Positions 38,471 through 50,525 of a stretch of 64,000 nt of DNA are shown piece by piece. Where the stretch lies: assembly GCF_036321535.1 (NCBI RefSeq), contig NC_087437.1, forward strand, positions 67,582,001 through 67,646,000. The letters are read 5' to 3'. The notes under the pieces were generated by a model. The model was given only the letters and a program-made list of their open reading frames with translations. It ran no database searches and was not told the origin of the DNA. A program made the position numbers and the translations under genes. How positions within the stretch are numbered: the stretch's first letter is position 1; each line of letters begins with the position of its first letter. This stretch comes from Camelus dromedarius (taxonomy: Eukaryota).

Positions 38471-39271
38471 TACTGTCACTCCTTTATTGGGGTTTTGGCT
38501 GTCCAGGCATGACTTTCCCATTAATCTGCAATTATTTCCTTCCTCTGTTGTCATTTCAATGACACAGCTATAGTGTGTTTTTCTTGCTGCCCAGACTCTA
38601 TTCTCTTTTATTCTTTCTATGGTTTTTGTTTTTTATCCAAAGGGGAATGCTTAGAATTTCTTTATTCCATCCCAGCCTCTTCTCCAAAGCTGAAGGTTGA
38701 TCTGGTGCCAACGCAGCCATTTTTATCCCCCAGAGTAGCAGGGGAAATGTGAAGTTGGCTGGTGGCACTGCTGCTTTCTATGACTTTTTTTTTAAGGCAA
38801 AGTTATTCCACAACTTGACTAGTTGGAGCTGAGATAAACAAGCTTTCCAAAGTCACAGAACCCAGAATAGAACTTGGATCTCTGACTCATCAGAGGCAGT
38901 TTAAAATTTGTCTCCATCTGCTCTAAAAGCATAAAGAGCCTGGTGGTTCTTGTGCTTCAGTCATTAGTAGAATTAGGAAGGAATACCCGTCCCATCTTAA
39001 AACATCTGTCTCTCCTATGGGTGCTTCCACCCTCTCCCTCATTCCCTGGGATGCCCTGCTCATCTCAAATTATAGAAATCACCACACTCTGTGATATAGC
39101 CACAAAGAGACTGCAAATTTTCTACTGTTCAGGAAGTTTGAAGACCTTGAGTGGATGCAACAGAGACTAGTATGATGTATAATCTGGACAATAATAGAGC
39201 AAAGATAGGAGGACTTGGGGAAAGGATGCACTTGTGTATACATGGATACACATCTAAATACTAATGTGCAA

Positions 39272-39398
39272 GTGGGAGGGTACAGCTCAGTGGTAGAGCA
39301 CATGCTTAGCATGCATGAGGTCCTAGGTTCAATCCTCAGTACCTCCATTAAAAATAAATAAACTTAACTACCCTCCCCACCAAAAAAGAAAAAAAAAA
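39272..39398 (+). mobile_element. tRNA-Ala(AGC)-derived SINE, camelid Vic-1 type
   Basis: gggagggtacagctcagtggtagagcacatgcttagcatgcatgaggtcctaggttcaatcctcagtacctcca (A box 39281-39293, B box ggttcaatcc 39326-39335), then ttaaaaataaataaacttaactaccctcccc and an A-tail. Confidence 0.9.
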
Positions 39399-39399
39399 T

Positions 39400-40015
39400 C
39401 ATCCCAGGATCTTGTCAAAATGCAGATTCTAAAGTAGAGGTTTGAGGTGGGGCCAGAGATCTAAAGTTCTTATAAGTCCTAGGAGAGGTTCAAATCGCTG
39501 CTCTGCAGACCACATTTTATGAGCAAAGACCTTGTCCCAGGCTTTCGGAGATAGTATGCTCATTAAGTTTGAGAAGCTTTGATCTAGAATGATTCTCAAA
39601 CTTGGGCTCTACATTGGCTTCACCTGGAGAACTTTAAAAACTGTGGCTCCACCCCAGACATTCTGACTTAGTTGTTTTGAAATGCCTCTTGGGCATTGAG
39701 TCCCCAGGTGGCTGAAATATGTGGCCAGGTTTGAGGACTCCAGGCTTATGGCTAGACTGTAGACTAATACTTCTCAAAGTATGGTTCCTGGGCCTGCAGC
39801 ATTAACATCACGTGGAGCTTGTTAGAAATGCAAATTGTCAGGCCCCTCCCTAGACCTTCTTGAATCAGAAACTCCGAGGGTTGAGCCCAGGAATCTGTGG
39901 GTTAACAAGCTCTTCAGGTGGTTTGGATGCAAGATAACCAGGACCCTAGCAGAGGGTTTGTTAAAATACAGACTGCTGACCTCTCTCCCGATGCAGTAGG
40001 TCTTGGGTGGAAATA
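39400..40015. mobile_element. Cluster of 4-5 MER5A/MER5A1 hAT MITE copies and fragments
   Basis: Repeated MER5 motifs: cttgtcaaaatgcagattct (39411), gattctcaaacttggg (39591), cttctcaaagtatggttcctggg...cttgttagaaatgcaaatt...gaatcagaaactc (39770-39875), tttgttaaaatacagactgctg (39957). Confidence 0.75.
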
Positions 40016-40344
40016 GAGACCCTATTTTGAAGCCCCGAGATCAAGATGCAGGAGATCATGGAGAGAAAAACAGAGATTATAGCTCTAGAAGAACTTACGG
40101 ATGATCTTAACTGAAGAAGAAGAGAGAATGGGTTAAAAACATATAACTAGAAGGTAAGAGCCAAAAATTTTATAGTGAAAGCTAGAAATGCTTAAAATTA
40201 TTTCTAAATTGTTTTAACATCTTTCCTCCTTTTAGAAGGGAATTCTGTGAGGTCACACTCATGTTTTCTTGCTAACTACTGAGTGAATGAAGGGATGAAT
40301 TTAATGACTTAAATTCAGGAATACAAATCTGTTTCCGTCTGACC

Positions 40345-40730
40345 TACTCATATTCGTTCGTTCAGTCAGCATTGCTGAGCCCCTGACGCCTCAGGCATTG
40401 TGCCTGGGCCTGAGGAAAGTGGGATGAGCAGTCACAGCCTAACGTTCCTCTGACCTTTATTCACTGATCCCTGCGCTCATTTTTTCATCTCTTTTGACGT
40501 ATTTATTGAATACTTACTATGCATCAAGCTCCTTACGCGCTGTGGCATGTAGGTGAGCAACAAAACCAGTCTGACCCTACCTTTGAGAGGATTACTGTCC
40601 AATGGCGGGGCGGGGGGAGCAAACAAGTAAGAACGTGCATGAATATGTAATTTCAAACTGGGATGAGTGTTCTGAAGGAAATGCTCAGAATGTGGTTCTT
40701 GAAATAATGGAGGAGAACACATACCTTCCA
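40345..40730 (-). mobile_element. L2 3' tail fragments
   Basis: attcgttcgttcagtcagcattgctgagc; gtatttattgaatacttactatgcatcaag...aaaaccagtctgaccctacctttgagagg. Confidence 0.65.
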
Positions 40731-40774
40731 TGGGCAGGAAAGAGCCCCTTGGAAAGGGAACCCATTACCTCAAA

Positions 40775-41010
40775 GAAAAATATAGTTAAAGTAGTGGGTC
40801 CAAGTCTGGGCTTTGGTATGTAATAGGCTGGTCGTGGCTGGAAAACTTAGTAGCTCTATAACCTGGAACAAATTACTGTGATTCTTGAAACCTCGATTTT
40901 TTCCTCTGTAAAATGAGAATGGTGATAGTACTTACCTCATAGGGTTCTCATGAGGATTAAATGACATAATCCATGTAAAGTATTTAGTCTGATGTCTGGC
41001 ATGTTTTATG
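40775..41010 (+). mobile_element. MIR SINE
   Basis: aacctcgattttttcctctgtaaaatgagaatggtgatagtacttacctcatagggttctcatgaggattaaatgacataatccatgtaaag. Confidence 0.8.
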
Positions 41011-41180
41011 TACATATCATTTCCTCAGAAAACCCCACGAAGTGCATAGTATTTTTCAGACTTGGTAATGGGGGTTTAAGAGGTTAAGTAACTTGACTAA
41101 GTCACCAGCTGGGAAGAATGAGATATGAAGGTAGGACTGTCTGGTGTAAAAGCCTATGTTCCCCCACCTGACTCCACTGT
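41011..41180 (-). mobile_element. MIR SINE fragment
   Basis: agaggttaagtaacttgactaagtcaccagctggg...gtaggactgtctgg. Confidence 0.6.
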
Positions 41181-42429
41181 TTATTCTGTTACTCTTTTTC
41201 TATAAGGCTTCATCTTTCATCTTGACTTTACTCTTTTCTTTCTAAGCAATGCAATAATGTAGAATAAAGGCAAATAAAGGAGTAAAGTGTTTCTCTATGT
41301 TGATTTTGATTACTTACCCCTGTGTGGCTTGAAGCAAGGAAAGGTGGGGCTGGGAGTGTTACCTTTCCCATCTCAGCCTCGGGAGAACTTACCTCCACAT
41401 CATTTTTAACTAACTCTGTACTTGCAGGGGTTTTATTAATTAGGGTCAGTTTTTCTTCTTACATACTTCCTGTCTTCTCACATATGGAATAACATGTAGA
41501 ACTGAGGCATTCATGAAAATGTAGACCAGAAAATGGGCTTACCTAAATTGTTTGGCTACTGTGAGACTCCAAGATTGGCAACTGGGAATGGGTGGTCCAG
41601 GAAGGAGGGCTGCAGTTAAGAGTCAGTACTCAATTGATTGACTTTCAACTCATATAGTATACCAAGATACAGTCTAATTTAATGTTTTTCATGCTCATAA
41701 AATGATACTTATTACCTCATCATTATAAAGCTGCATCATGTTTTCTGAGGAGTTACACCACTCATAAGGTATAATATGCATATGAGAGTAGGTGGCATCT
41801 TCTTAGAAGTGGTACATCCTGGTTGCTATCCCCACTGTAGAAATGTCAAGTAAAGAGACTGTGAAGATGGTTACCACAGTTTGCTCTGCTAGTATTTTGG
41901 CTGGGAAAGGCTGACTCTACCACCTCTATTTCATCAGAAAATCAATTTGTGATATTTGTGTCAAGTGGTGATATTTGTGTATGTTTGTGAATTTATTTTC
42001 AAAAATCACGGTATTGAGTTAAGAAAGTACCTATTCACTCGCCCTATATTTACCTTTCTAAGACTCAATTTTGTCAGCTGCCCAGTTGGTCCAGTTCCTG
42101 CCAGCTCTAACAGTATGGCTCTCAGGTTAAAGACTGCCAAAATGATGGCCAGTTCTTCACTTCTATTCTGTGTTTTCCAGACACGGTTGTTGATGACTGA
42201 TTGCTGAGCATTGATGTCAATGAAAAGTTATGACTTTAGCCAGGTGGAAATGATGCACTGGTGCATGACATTAATGTTCTCAATTTCTCTTAACTTACTG
42301 GACTATGAAATTCATGAGCACTTAAAGCGCTTTGAAATTTTTTAAACTTTTTTTTTAAAAAGCAAAGCTATATTATTCTCTTAAAGTAAATGTAAAAACT
42401 GCAACTTTGTGCTGATACTGGACTTAGAA

Positions 42430-42862
42430 TTTGACATAGTTTTTTTCATTTAATCTTGTATTAATCCTATGAATTAATTTCCTTACCTGTACTTTATGGA
42501 TGAAATGAAGTTGCCATGACACCAAGGTAGCTCAGCAGAACATGGGGCTTCAAGATTGCCTGAGTTCAAAAGCTGACTTACCACCGAAGTAGTTATGTGT
42601 CATGATTAAGTTAGTAAACCTTGTAGTCAGTTTTCTTACATGTACTGGAATACGTATAATGTGATACCTGACTCCATAGGGTTGTTCTGAGGATTCAACG
42701 AGATAACGAGTATAGAATTTATTAGAACACTGTCTGGTATGTAATATGAAATCAGCGAATGCTGTCTGTTATCATCATTGCCCAAGGTTGAAGAGCTAGT
42801 ATGTGCTGGAACTGAAAGTTGAGTTCAATGCTCTTTGTCTCAGAAGACCATAATCTTAGCAT
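42430..42862. mobile_element. Nested MIRs: a plus-strand MIR (~42520-42778) inside a minus-strand MIR
   Basis: Antisense tcatttaatcttgtattaatcctatga...; sense ctccatagggttgttctgagggattcaacgagataa...; antisense resumes gcccaaggttgaagagctagta. Confidence 0.65.
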
Positions 42863-42867
42863 TGTAG

Positions 42868-43429
42868 TGAAGAGGATCAGAATGTTCCACCTTCAAATAT
42901 GCCATTTTGGCATAAGGTCTATTTTGAGCTGAAAGCGATTGAGAAACAGCAGACAGAAAAAGACCCTCTACCTGCCCCCATTGGTTTAAAAGCAAGGCAT
43001 AAATTTCCCATTGTGAATGTGACTTCCTCCTCTCTCCTGGCCCAGGAAGAGGAGAGGACTCTTGCCATTGGAGATGATGCCAACTCAGATCTGCACAAAC
43101 AAACCTACTAAAATAACCTCATCTGCCTTTAGTTTGCCCCATATATTTACCCTCCGCAATTTACAAACCCTAGAAGCCCATCCCCATTTCCTTTGTCTTG
43201 TGAAGATAAATCTCCACAATTATCACTCTTTGTTAAAATGATATATAGGCTATCAGGCCTAACCACTTGTTGAGGGGGGGATTTTTCACTTCATTCCTGT
43301 GAAGCTTCCCTCCCCACCCCCCAAGCTACCTAATGCCTTTTCTCTTGTTAATTTGTCTGTCAGCTTAATTTGCAAGGTCCCAGTTGCAGAACTTAAAAGG
43401 GCAGAGGAAAGTTTTTTTCCTCCCCTACA
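42868..43429 (+). mobile_element. MER34-family ERV1 solo LTR
   Basis: tgaagaggatcagaatgttccaccttcaaatatgccattttggcataaggtctattttgagctgaaagc...gcagaggaaagtttttttcctcccctaca; 4-bp flanks gtag/gtac. Confidence 0.85.
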
Positions 43430-43539
43430 GTACCAGGCATCCAGAGATGAGTCATCAGTCTAAGACGATTTGTGAGCAATTACATCTAACACTTAACATG
43501 AGTACAGTGATTTGAAACTGTTATCTTGAAGTTATTTTC

Positions 43540-44070
43540 CCTATCCAATCAATTCTCTACCTAGCAGTCAACATAATCTTCTAAATATATAAATGAGATC
43601 GAAACGCCTATTTTCCTAAACTACTTCAGTGACTTTTCATTGCTCTTGTATCCAAATCACGGATCCTAGCCTCTGCCCAGGGTCTTGAGACTTCTGCTTT
43701 CTCACTCGCTCTGCTCAACAATACAGTCATCTCTTCAGTTCCTTGAACCTGGCAATCTGTTCACAGTATCAGGGAGTTTACACATGATGTTCCCTGTGCC
43801 TGGAAGAAGCTTTCTCCCAGTTTTCTCTTGGTTTATTCTTACTCATTCTTTAAGCCCCAGTGTAAACATTTCATCTCAGAGAAGACATCCCTGATTATAT
43901 AACTCCCTTAGCCTCCCTGCCTCCAATAAATGCCGTTTATAGTTTATGGCATTTAACATGGGTGCTAATTACGTATTTATTTATGTTTATTTGTTTAATA
44001 TCTGCCTCTCCCTATATCCTGTAACCTCATAAGAGTAGGTAATATCTCTGTTTGGTTCAACACTTTGTGG
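43540..44070 (+). mobile_element. L2 LINE 3' region
   Basis: ctagcagtcaacataatcttctaaatatataaatgagatc..., gttccctgtgcctggaa, catttcatctcagagaagacatccctgat. Confidence 0.7.
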
Positions 44071-44269
44071 GCTGCAGAAAGAACCATATTCACTTACAGA
44101 CATCCTTTCTCAGAAATATTACCCTGACGAGTCTGAACCTTCTCTAGGGGTGTGTGTGAGAGAGAGTTGGGGGTGAGAGAGGGGGAAGAGTGAGAGGGGG
44201 AGAGAGAAACCGCATTTGCATATTGCTATATATCTTTCTATTCTATTCTGTTCTATCTGATCTATCCCA

Positions 44270-44355
44270 TTTCATTTTTTAAAAATGCTACTTGCAGAGC
44301 ACTTATCTGATATCATGACCCACTAAAGACCTAAACCTGAAGTTTGAAAAACAAC
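44270..44355. mobile_element. hAT-Charlie (Charlie4-like) terminal fragment
   Basis: aaaaatgcta...tgatatcatgacccactaa...cctgaagtttgaaaaaca. Confidence 0.45.
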
Positions 44356-44634
44356 ATATTTGATTAATGGTGCTCTTTTGAACTTGTCTGCATATCTCTT
44401 AAACATACTTTCATATTTTTCAGTTCATTTATTTTACTATATATGTCATTTTAACTTTATCTTTGTGTCAATAAATCAGTCTTAAGTGGGTCAAGCTTAT
44501 TAATTTGCCAGTTCATTTGATTTTTACTTTTCTTTCATTAGGAATGTTTTTAACTTCTAAGAAGAGTTTAACTTCGGAGGACTGCTTTCATAGTAGCATA
44601 TTCTTGTTTTATGGGTACAATTGCCTCTCTTTTC

Positions 44635-46192
44635 CTTTTTAAAAATTGGGATATAGTTTACATAATGTAAAATTCACCATTTAAAAGTGTACAATTCAGT
44701 GTTTTTTTCCTGTAAATTCACTATATTGTGTAGTCATCACATTATCTAACTCTGAAATGTTTCCATTACCCAGAAAGGAAATCCCATTCCTTTTAGCAGT
44801 CAGTCCCAATACTCCCTTCCCTCAGCCCCTGGAAACCAATAATCTACTTTTTCTCTGTGGATTTACTCAGTCTAAGCATTGCACATAAATAGAACTATAT
44901 AACCCGGCCTTTTGTGTCACATACTGTATATTTTCTTCCATTTAAAATATATTTTCAAGGTTCATCCAGGTTGTAGCATGTAACAGCACTTCATTACTTT
45001 TTAATGGCTAAAAAATGCTCCAGTGCATGGACATGCCACATTTTGTTCATCCATTCATGAGTTGGTAGACATTTGGGTTGTTTCCAATTTTGACTTATTG
45101 TGGATAAAGCTACTATGAACGTATGTACACAGTTTTGTGTGAACATATATTTGCAATTCTCTTGAGTATACGTTTAGGAATAGAATTGCTGGGTCATACG
45201 GTAGTTCGATGTTTAACTTTTTGATAAACTGCCAAACAGTCTTCCACAGGGGCTGTGCCATTTTACATTCCCGCCAGCAATTTATGAATGATCCAGTGTC
45301 TCCACATCTCGCCACTTGTTTTCTGTTTCTGTTTGTTTTAAGTCTAGCCATCTTAGTGGGTCCGATGTGGTATCTCACTGTGGTTTTGATTTGCAGTTCC
45401 CTGATGATGATGATGTTGAGCACTTTATGTGCTTAGTAGGCATTTGTACGTCTTCTTTGGGGCAAAGTCTTTTTAGATCTTTTACTCGTTTTTAATTGAG
45501 TTATTTGTCTTTTTGTTACTGAGTTGTAAATATTCTTTATATATTCTGAGTACCAAACACTTAACTAATATATGCTTTGCCATTCTGTAGGTTGTCTTTT
45601 CACTTTCTTTATAGTGTCCTTAGATGCACAAAAGTTTTAAAATTTGATGAAGTTCATTTTATCTATTTTTTTCCTTTGGTTGCTTATGCTTTCAATGTCA
45701 TATCTAAGAAACTGGTTTAATCCAAGGTCATGCAGATTTATACTTGTTTTCCTCTAAGAGTTCTATAGTTTTAGCTCTTAAATTTTAGGTCTTTGATTCA
45801 TTTTGAGTTATCTTTAGTATATGGCATAGGGTAGGGGCTCAGACTCATTATTTGCATGTGGACATCTAGTTTCTCTAGGTTCCATTTATTGCAAGGACAA
45901 TTCTTTCCCTATTCAATTGTCTTAGTGTCCTTGTTAAAGGTCAGTTGACCATGGATATATGAGTTTATTTCTGGGCTCTCAATTTTATTCCATTGGTCTA
46001 TATGTCCAACCTGGGCCAATACTAGACTTTCTTGATTACTGTAGCTTTATAGTAAGCTTTTAAATTGAGAAGTCCTCCACCCTTTTCTTTTTCTTTCAAG
46101 AATATTGGGAGGTCCTCCCCCTTTTTGTTTTCTTTCAAGATTGTTTTCATAGTTCCTTGAATTTCCATAAGAACTTTAGAATTAGCTTGACC
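44635..46192 (-). mobile_element. L1MB-type element (ORF2 3' part and 3' UTR)
   Basis: taaaattcaccatttaaaagtgtacaattcagtg...cccttccctcagcccctggaaacca; ORF 45055-45423 gives NCWRECKMAQPLWKTVWQFIKKLNIELPYDPAI (ORF2p C-terminus). Confidence 0.9.
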
Positions 46193-46974
46193 ATTCACAG
46201 TTGCTTCTTGAATTTTCTTAAGTATGAGGCTAATTTGAAAACACTGTTTTGTAATACTTTTTTTGTCCCTAAATTATCTTTTTCCTTACCTTGGTTCTGC
46301 TCATCAATGATCTTTTCTCAGTTGTTTGATCTTCTGTTCATAGAAGGTGCTTGTCTATATATATCTGTTGAAATAATGAATAAATAAATGACCAACTTGA
46401 TAAAAAAGAATTGCTGAATGGGTTTTCTTTGTCCTGAGCTAGATCAAAATCCACCCCTCCAGATGTATTCCTCACTGAAATGCCAGTAGTGACTCTGATG
46501 AGTGCGTGGTCTACACAACTCAAGATTTATGACTCAGTTTCAGGCAGAAGTATTGAGAGTGTACTTAAGTCATCTCATTCTGTTTCTTTGGACAGAGATA
46601 AGGCCTTTATGTATCTGCTTTTCTCCGTCTCCTTTTCTCTGTCTCTCTCCTTCCACTTCTTCCCTCCTCTACTTTGCGTTGCCACTGTGGTGCTCAGTAA
46701 TTTAGACTTATTAACATTGATATTGACTTTAGCTGGACAGAAAGAGCGGTCACTGGGTATACAACAGCTTTACCACATTTTTGCTGTTTCACCTGGGTTC
46801 ACACAATTATATGGTAATCTTTTCCTTGTCATAGGACTTCCCTTGGCTTAGAAAATAGACAGTCTTCTTAATATAAGAATTTATGACTGATAAAATAAGC
46901 TTTTATAAGAAAACTTGAGAGAAAAAAGTCAATAGAAGCTATATAATCTAAGTATGCTTTAATAAATGTAAAAG

Positions 46975-47430
46975 CCATTTGTCATTTTTTGTGTGCTCAT
47001 TTTGGAACAGCCTTCCTGTATCAGGGGCAATCCTATGAGAATTCTGCCTCCCATTGTGGAATCCACAGGTGGAGGGTGCCTAAGATGCAGATCACCCTAA
47101 GATGAACCCTAAACGTGGCCAAGTGGATGCTGTTCCCAAACCTTTGGATCTTGAGGAAGTGAACAGAGATTAAGATAAGCCCAGAGACTGGGGACTGCTG
47201 TGGGCTATACGCCGTATGTCCCAGCAGTGAGTGTTCATAGGCCGTGGAATCCAGGGGTACTGTTGCTACTGTAGGATCTTGGCTGCTGTTTACTTCCCCT
47301 TAGTCCCTGTGCTTTTTCTGAACTGGGCTCTGTGGCACTCCTGATGATTTTGTGAGCTACCCAATAACTTTCAAATAAATTATCTTCCAATAAAACCAAT
47401 ACAGTTTGGTTTCTGTGGTTTGCCACAGCA
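46975..47430 (+). mobile_element. LTR33-like ERVL LTR
   Basis: ttttgtgagctacccaataactttcaaataaattatcttcc...gtttggtttctgtggtttgc matches the LTR33 3' end. Confidence 0.65.
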
Positions 47431-47434
47431 CAAA

Positions 47435-47458
47435 CACACACACACACACACACACACA
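47435..47458. repeat. (CA)12 microsatellite
   Basis: Seen directly. Confidence 0.95.
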
Positions 47459-49505
47459 AAAACAAAACAACAAAGATCAGTAAAGATATTTCTCTAAGTA
47501 AAAGTAAATTAATGACATTAAAATATCCTAAATTATGAAAGATAATTTCCATTTGTGAGCCCTTAATTTCCACTTGTGAGTCTTTATATCACACATATAT
47601 TTCTGGATTACTTCCCCCAGATTTAAATCACATATTTATTAAATTCACATATTTATTTTTAATAAACTAAGCAAGACTTTTCCCCTTCTCACCATATAGC
47701 TCTCTGACCATATATTCAAGAGCCACCTTATTATGTGATTTGAGGCTCCTGACTGCTGTGTCCTTCCTCTCAGTGAGCGTCTGTCCATCCGTACTTCTTG
47801 CATGCCTCAGCTCTCTCCCTCCGTTCACACCATCAGATACAGCTCTGACATAGAGATTTCCTTTCTCCTATCTTCCGTGAGTTTTCTGATGGTATTCCTT
47901 CAAAACATTTTATCCTTTTTCTGCCACCTAGTTTATCTTCTTTTTCTATACCCATTTCCCCAATTTCCTATTTTCATAAAACTCCCTGATGTAAGCAACT
48001 TAAAGCATACGCCACTTACATATCCTAGAACAGTAATTTCCATTGTTGAAAATTCACTAGTAATAGTATTCCCCAGTATTCTCCTGCAAGCCGCTAGAAT
48101 TTACTGAATGTGATGATTAGTTTTGAGTGTGGTCTCAGGTGCCCCAGACTTGCAGGGAACATCCGACATCACTCATTTTGTAGAGATGTTCTGTGCATTG
48201 CTTGTATCATAGAAGAGTCCTGGGAGGTTTCTTTAGTCCCAAACAGGAGAGGAGGATAGCCCTGTTCTTCCATGTGCGTCGCTGCTGTTGCTCCTTGTTC
48301 CAGAAAAGAGGTCTGCAAAGAGCCACAGCCAGCTGGGACTGAGTGGCGTCATCCGCCTTCAGGCAGGACACAAACCCTCTAGCTTTCCCAGGCTGTGCTA
48401 CTTCCTCCTGTCTCCCAGGAAGCCAGAGGTCAGCTAGGATTTATCCTACAAGGTCAGCATGGGTCGTTGCCATGGGCTGCCTCTTCCACAGGGGCTTTGG
48501 GTGTGTGAACTCTGGCCCTGGACTGTCAATACAGAAAAAGCCTACTTATCATCTGAGTGATTCAGATTTACTCAGCAGCTTCTCTTTCTTGTCTGGAAAC
48601 ATGGCTTCCCTATCCCCCGCGGGTGAGCATCATCCAGATCTTTAAAGAAGCTTGACTTCTCTTCAGTAGGAAAAGAAAAAAATGCTTTCATGTTTGTTTG
48701 TTTGTTTTTCCTCGCATGTTAAAAACCAGAGTGCAGGGTAGTTTGTCAGTAGGCTCTCCGGCTCCCTTAACTCCGCAGGAAGTCAGCCCATTATCCACAC
48801 AAGCCACATTTCATTTGAGGGGAGCTCATGCTTGTAGAGGGCTTACTGAACCGCGTACGCTTCCTGGCTATAGTTGCCGCTGGTCACTGGTTGATTATAA
48901 ATAACAGCAAGTGTTCAAAGCACAGAAAACAGAATTCTAAGAAGAATTCTGCCAGCTGACCGGATGCCAGAGTGGATACCGTGTAACTGCGATGTCCTGT
49001 GGGAGAGAAGCCAGCTGTAACCGCTGTCCCTCGACAGTGACCACGCACGGCTGCTGTCTAGTTTACTTACTTTAAATAGGAAGAGTGAGGTGACAAGGAA
49101 TTGACGGGGTCTCTCCGGATCCCCTGATGGTACACAGGCAGCCAGTTTGGGCTTCCTGAGGAAAAGCTTTTCCCTTACTCTCTGCAGGTCCCTGCCCATA
49201 ACCTACTATTGGGGCCCTGCTGGTTCACACTGGAACTGATGGTGTATCTGTTCCCCTTGGGGCTCCTGCCGGAAGTGGCATGGCCCAGGGCTGAGGCAGT
49301 GCTTTTGCTGTGTGCCCAGAAGTGTGTCCAGGACCTGGGTTAATAGAGAAGATGCTTACGTTTGTTCCAAGGTGCACTTGGCAATTATAAGGATGAGAGT
49401 GACTCCAGTTTCCTCTGCAGTCCTCAACTGCCCTTTTCTGGAAGCTCCATTGTGTGGTGAATTATTCACTTTTTTGGATGGACTTTATGTATTTTATCTT
49501 TTAGA

Positions 49506-49775
49506 TTTTATTTTTTTAATTGAAGCACAGTCAGTTTCTGGTGTACAGCATAATGTTTCGGACATACATGAACATACATATATTCGTTTTCATACCCTTT
49601 TTCACCATAGGTTACTACAAGATATTGACGATAATTCCCTGTGCTACACAGAAGAAACTTGTTTATCTGTTTTATATATAGTAGTTAGTATCTGCAGATC
49701 TCAGTTCCCAATTTATCCCTTCCCACCCCCTTCCACACCTGGAGCCGTAAGTTTGTTTTCTATGTCTGTGAGTCT
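49506..49775 (-). mobile_element. Camelid-type L1 3' end
   Basis: ttttttaattgaagcacagtcagtttctggtgtacagcataatg...ttactacaagatattg...taagtttgttttctatgtctgtgagtct. Confidence 0.85.
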
Positions 49776-50287
49776 GCTCACACCTTCATAGCACCTTCCT
49801 TTTAAGGTCATCACACAGTTTCTGAGAAGCATCACTACATGTGTTTGGTTCTGATACTTAAATTTTGGTAGCTGAGTAGGCCTAGGGGTCCTACGTAATA
49901 GGAAAAAGATGCATGGATTTGGGGGGTTCAGTCAAATTAGTGGAGTGAACAAAATCTGGGCAGTGGTTCTCTTTCTATGGCTGATTGTGGTTGTTTTTCT
50001 TTTTAATTACATTTTTTCATTTTAATAGATTTAAAGACGCATTGCATGGGGACAAAGAAGTTCTCCACATAGTACTGAATTCAATTTCCAGGAGAATAAA
50101 ATAATTCTAAATGTACCTGAAACTAATGACACAGCTTAAAAATATAGAAATAAAAAATGTTTAGGAAGACAGGGCAAGAAATCTGTCATCATTTTTGAAA
50201 AAGTTAAAATTTTCTCATTTGTTCATAGGTAAGCAGGTAGAAACAAGATGTAAAAGATTTGAGCACCATAAGTACCAAGCTTAATTT

Positions 50288-50316
50288 TGTGTGTGTGTGT
50301 GTGTGTATATATATAT
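50288..50316. repeat. Compound (TG)n(TA)n microsatellite beside an L1 tail
   Basis: tgtgtgtgtgtgtgtgtgtatatatatat. Confidence 0.9.
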
Positions 50317-50321
50317 GTATA

Positions 50322-50525
50322 TTTTTTAAATTGAAGTATAGTTGCTTCTACAGTGTGTCAGTTTCTGGTGCACAGCACAGTGCTTCAGTCACACATGAAC
50401 ACACATATATTCATTTTCACATCCTTTTTCGCCATAGGTTACTACAAGATATTGACGATAGTTCCCTGTGCTATACAGCATGAACTTGTTGTTTATGTAC
50501 TTTATATATAGTAGTTGGTATCTGC
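50322..50525 (-). mobile_element. Camelid-type L1 3' end
   Basis: ttttttaaattgaagtatagttg...tttctggtgcacagcacagtgcttcagtc...ttactacaagatattgacgatagttccctgtgctatacag...gtatctgc. Confidence 0.85.

Noticed and set aside
39276..39348. Functional tRNA-Ala gene
   Set aside because: Has stem mismatches and is followed by a SINE tail and poly-A instead of an oligo-T Pol III terminator; it is a SINE head
48941..49076. Cys-rich frame EEFCQLTGCQSGYRVTAMSCGREASCNRCPSTVTTHGCC, superficially resistin-like
   Set aside because: In-frame stop immediately upstream, no good splice acceptor or signal peptide, and Cys spacing does not match the resistin pattern
49312..49791. Longest ORF (159 aa)
   Set aside because: GTG start; more than half is antisense L1 3' UTR; no recognisable domain
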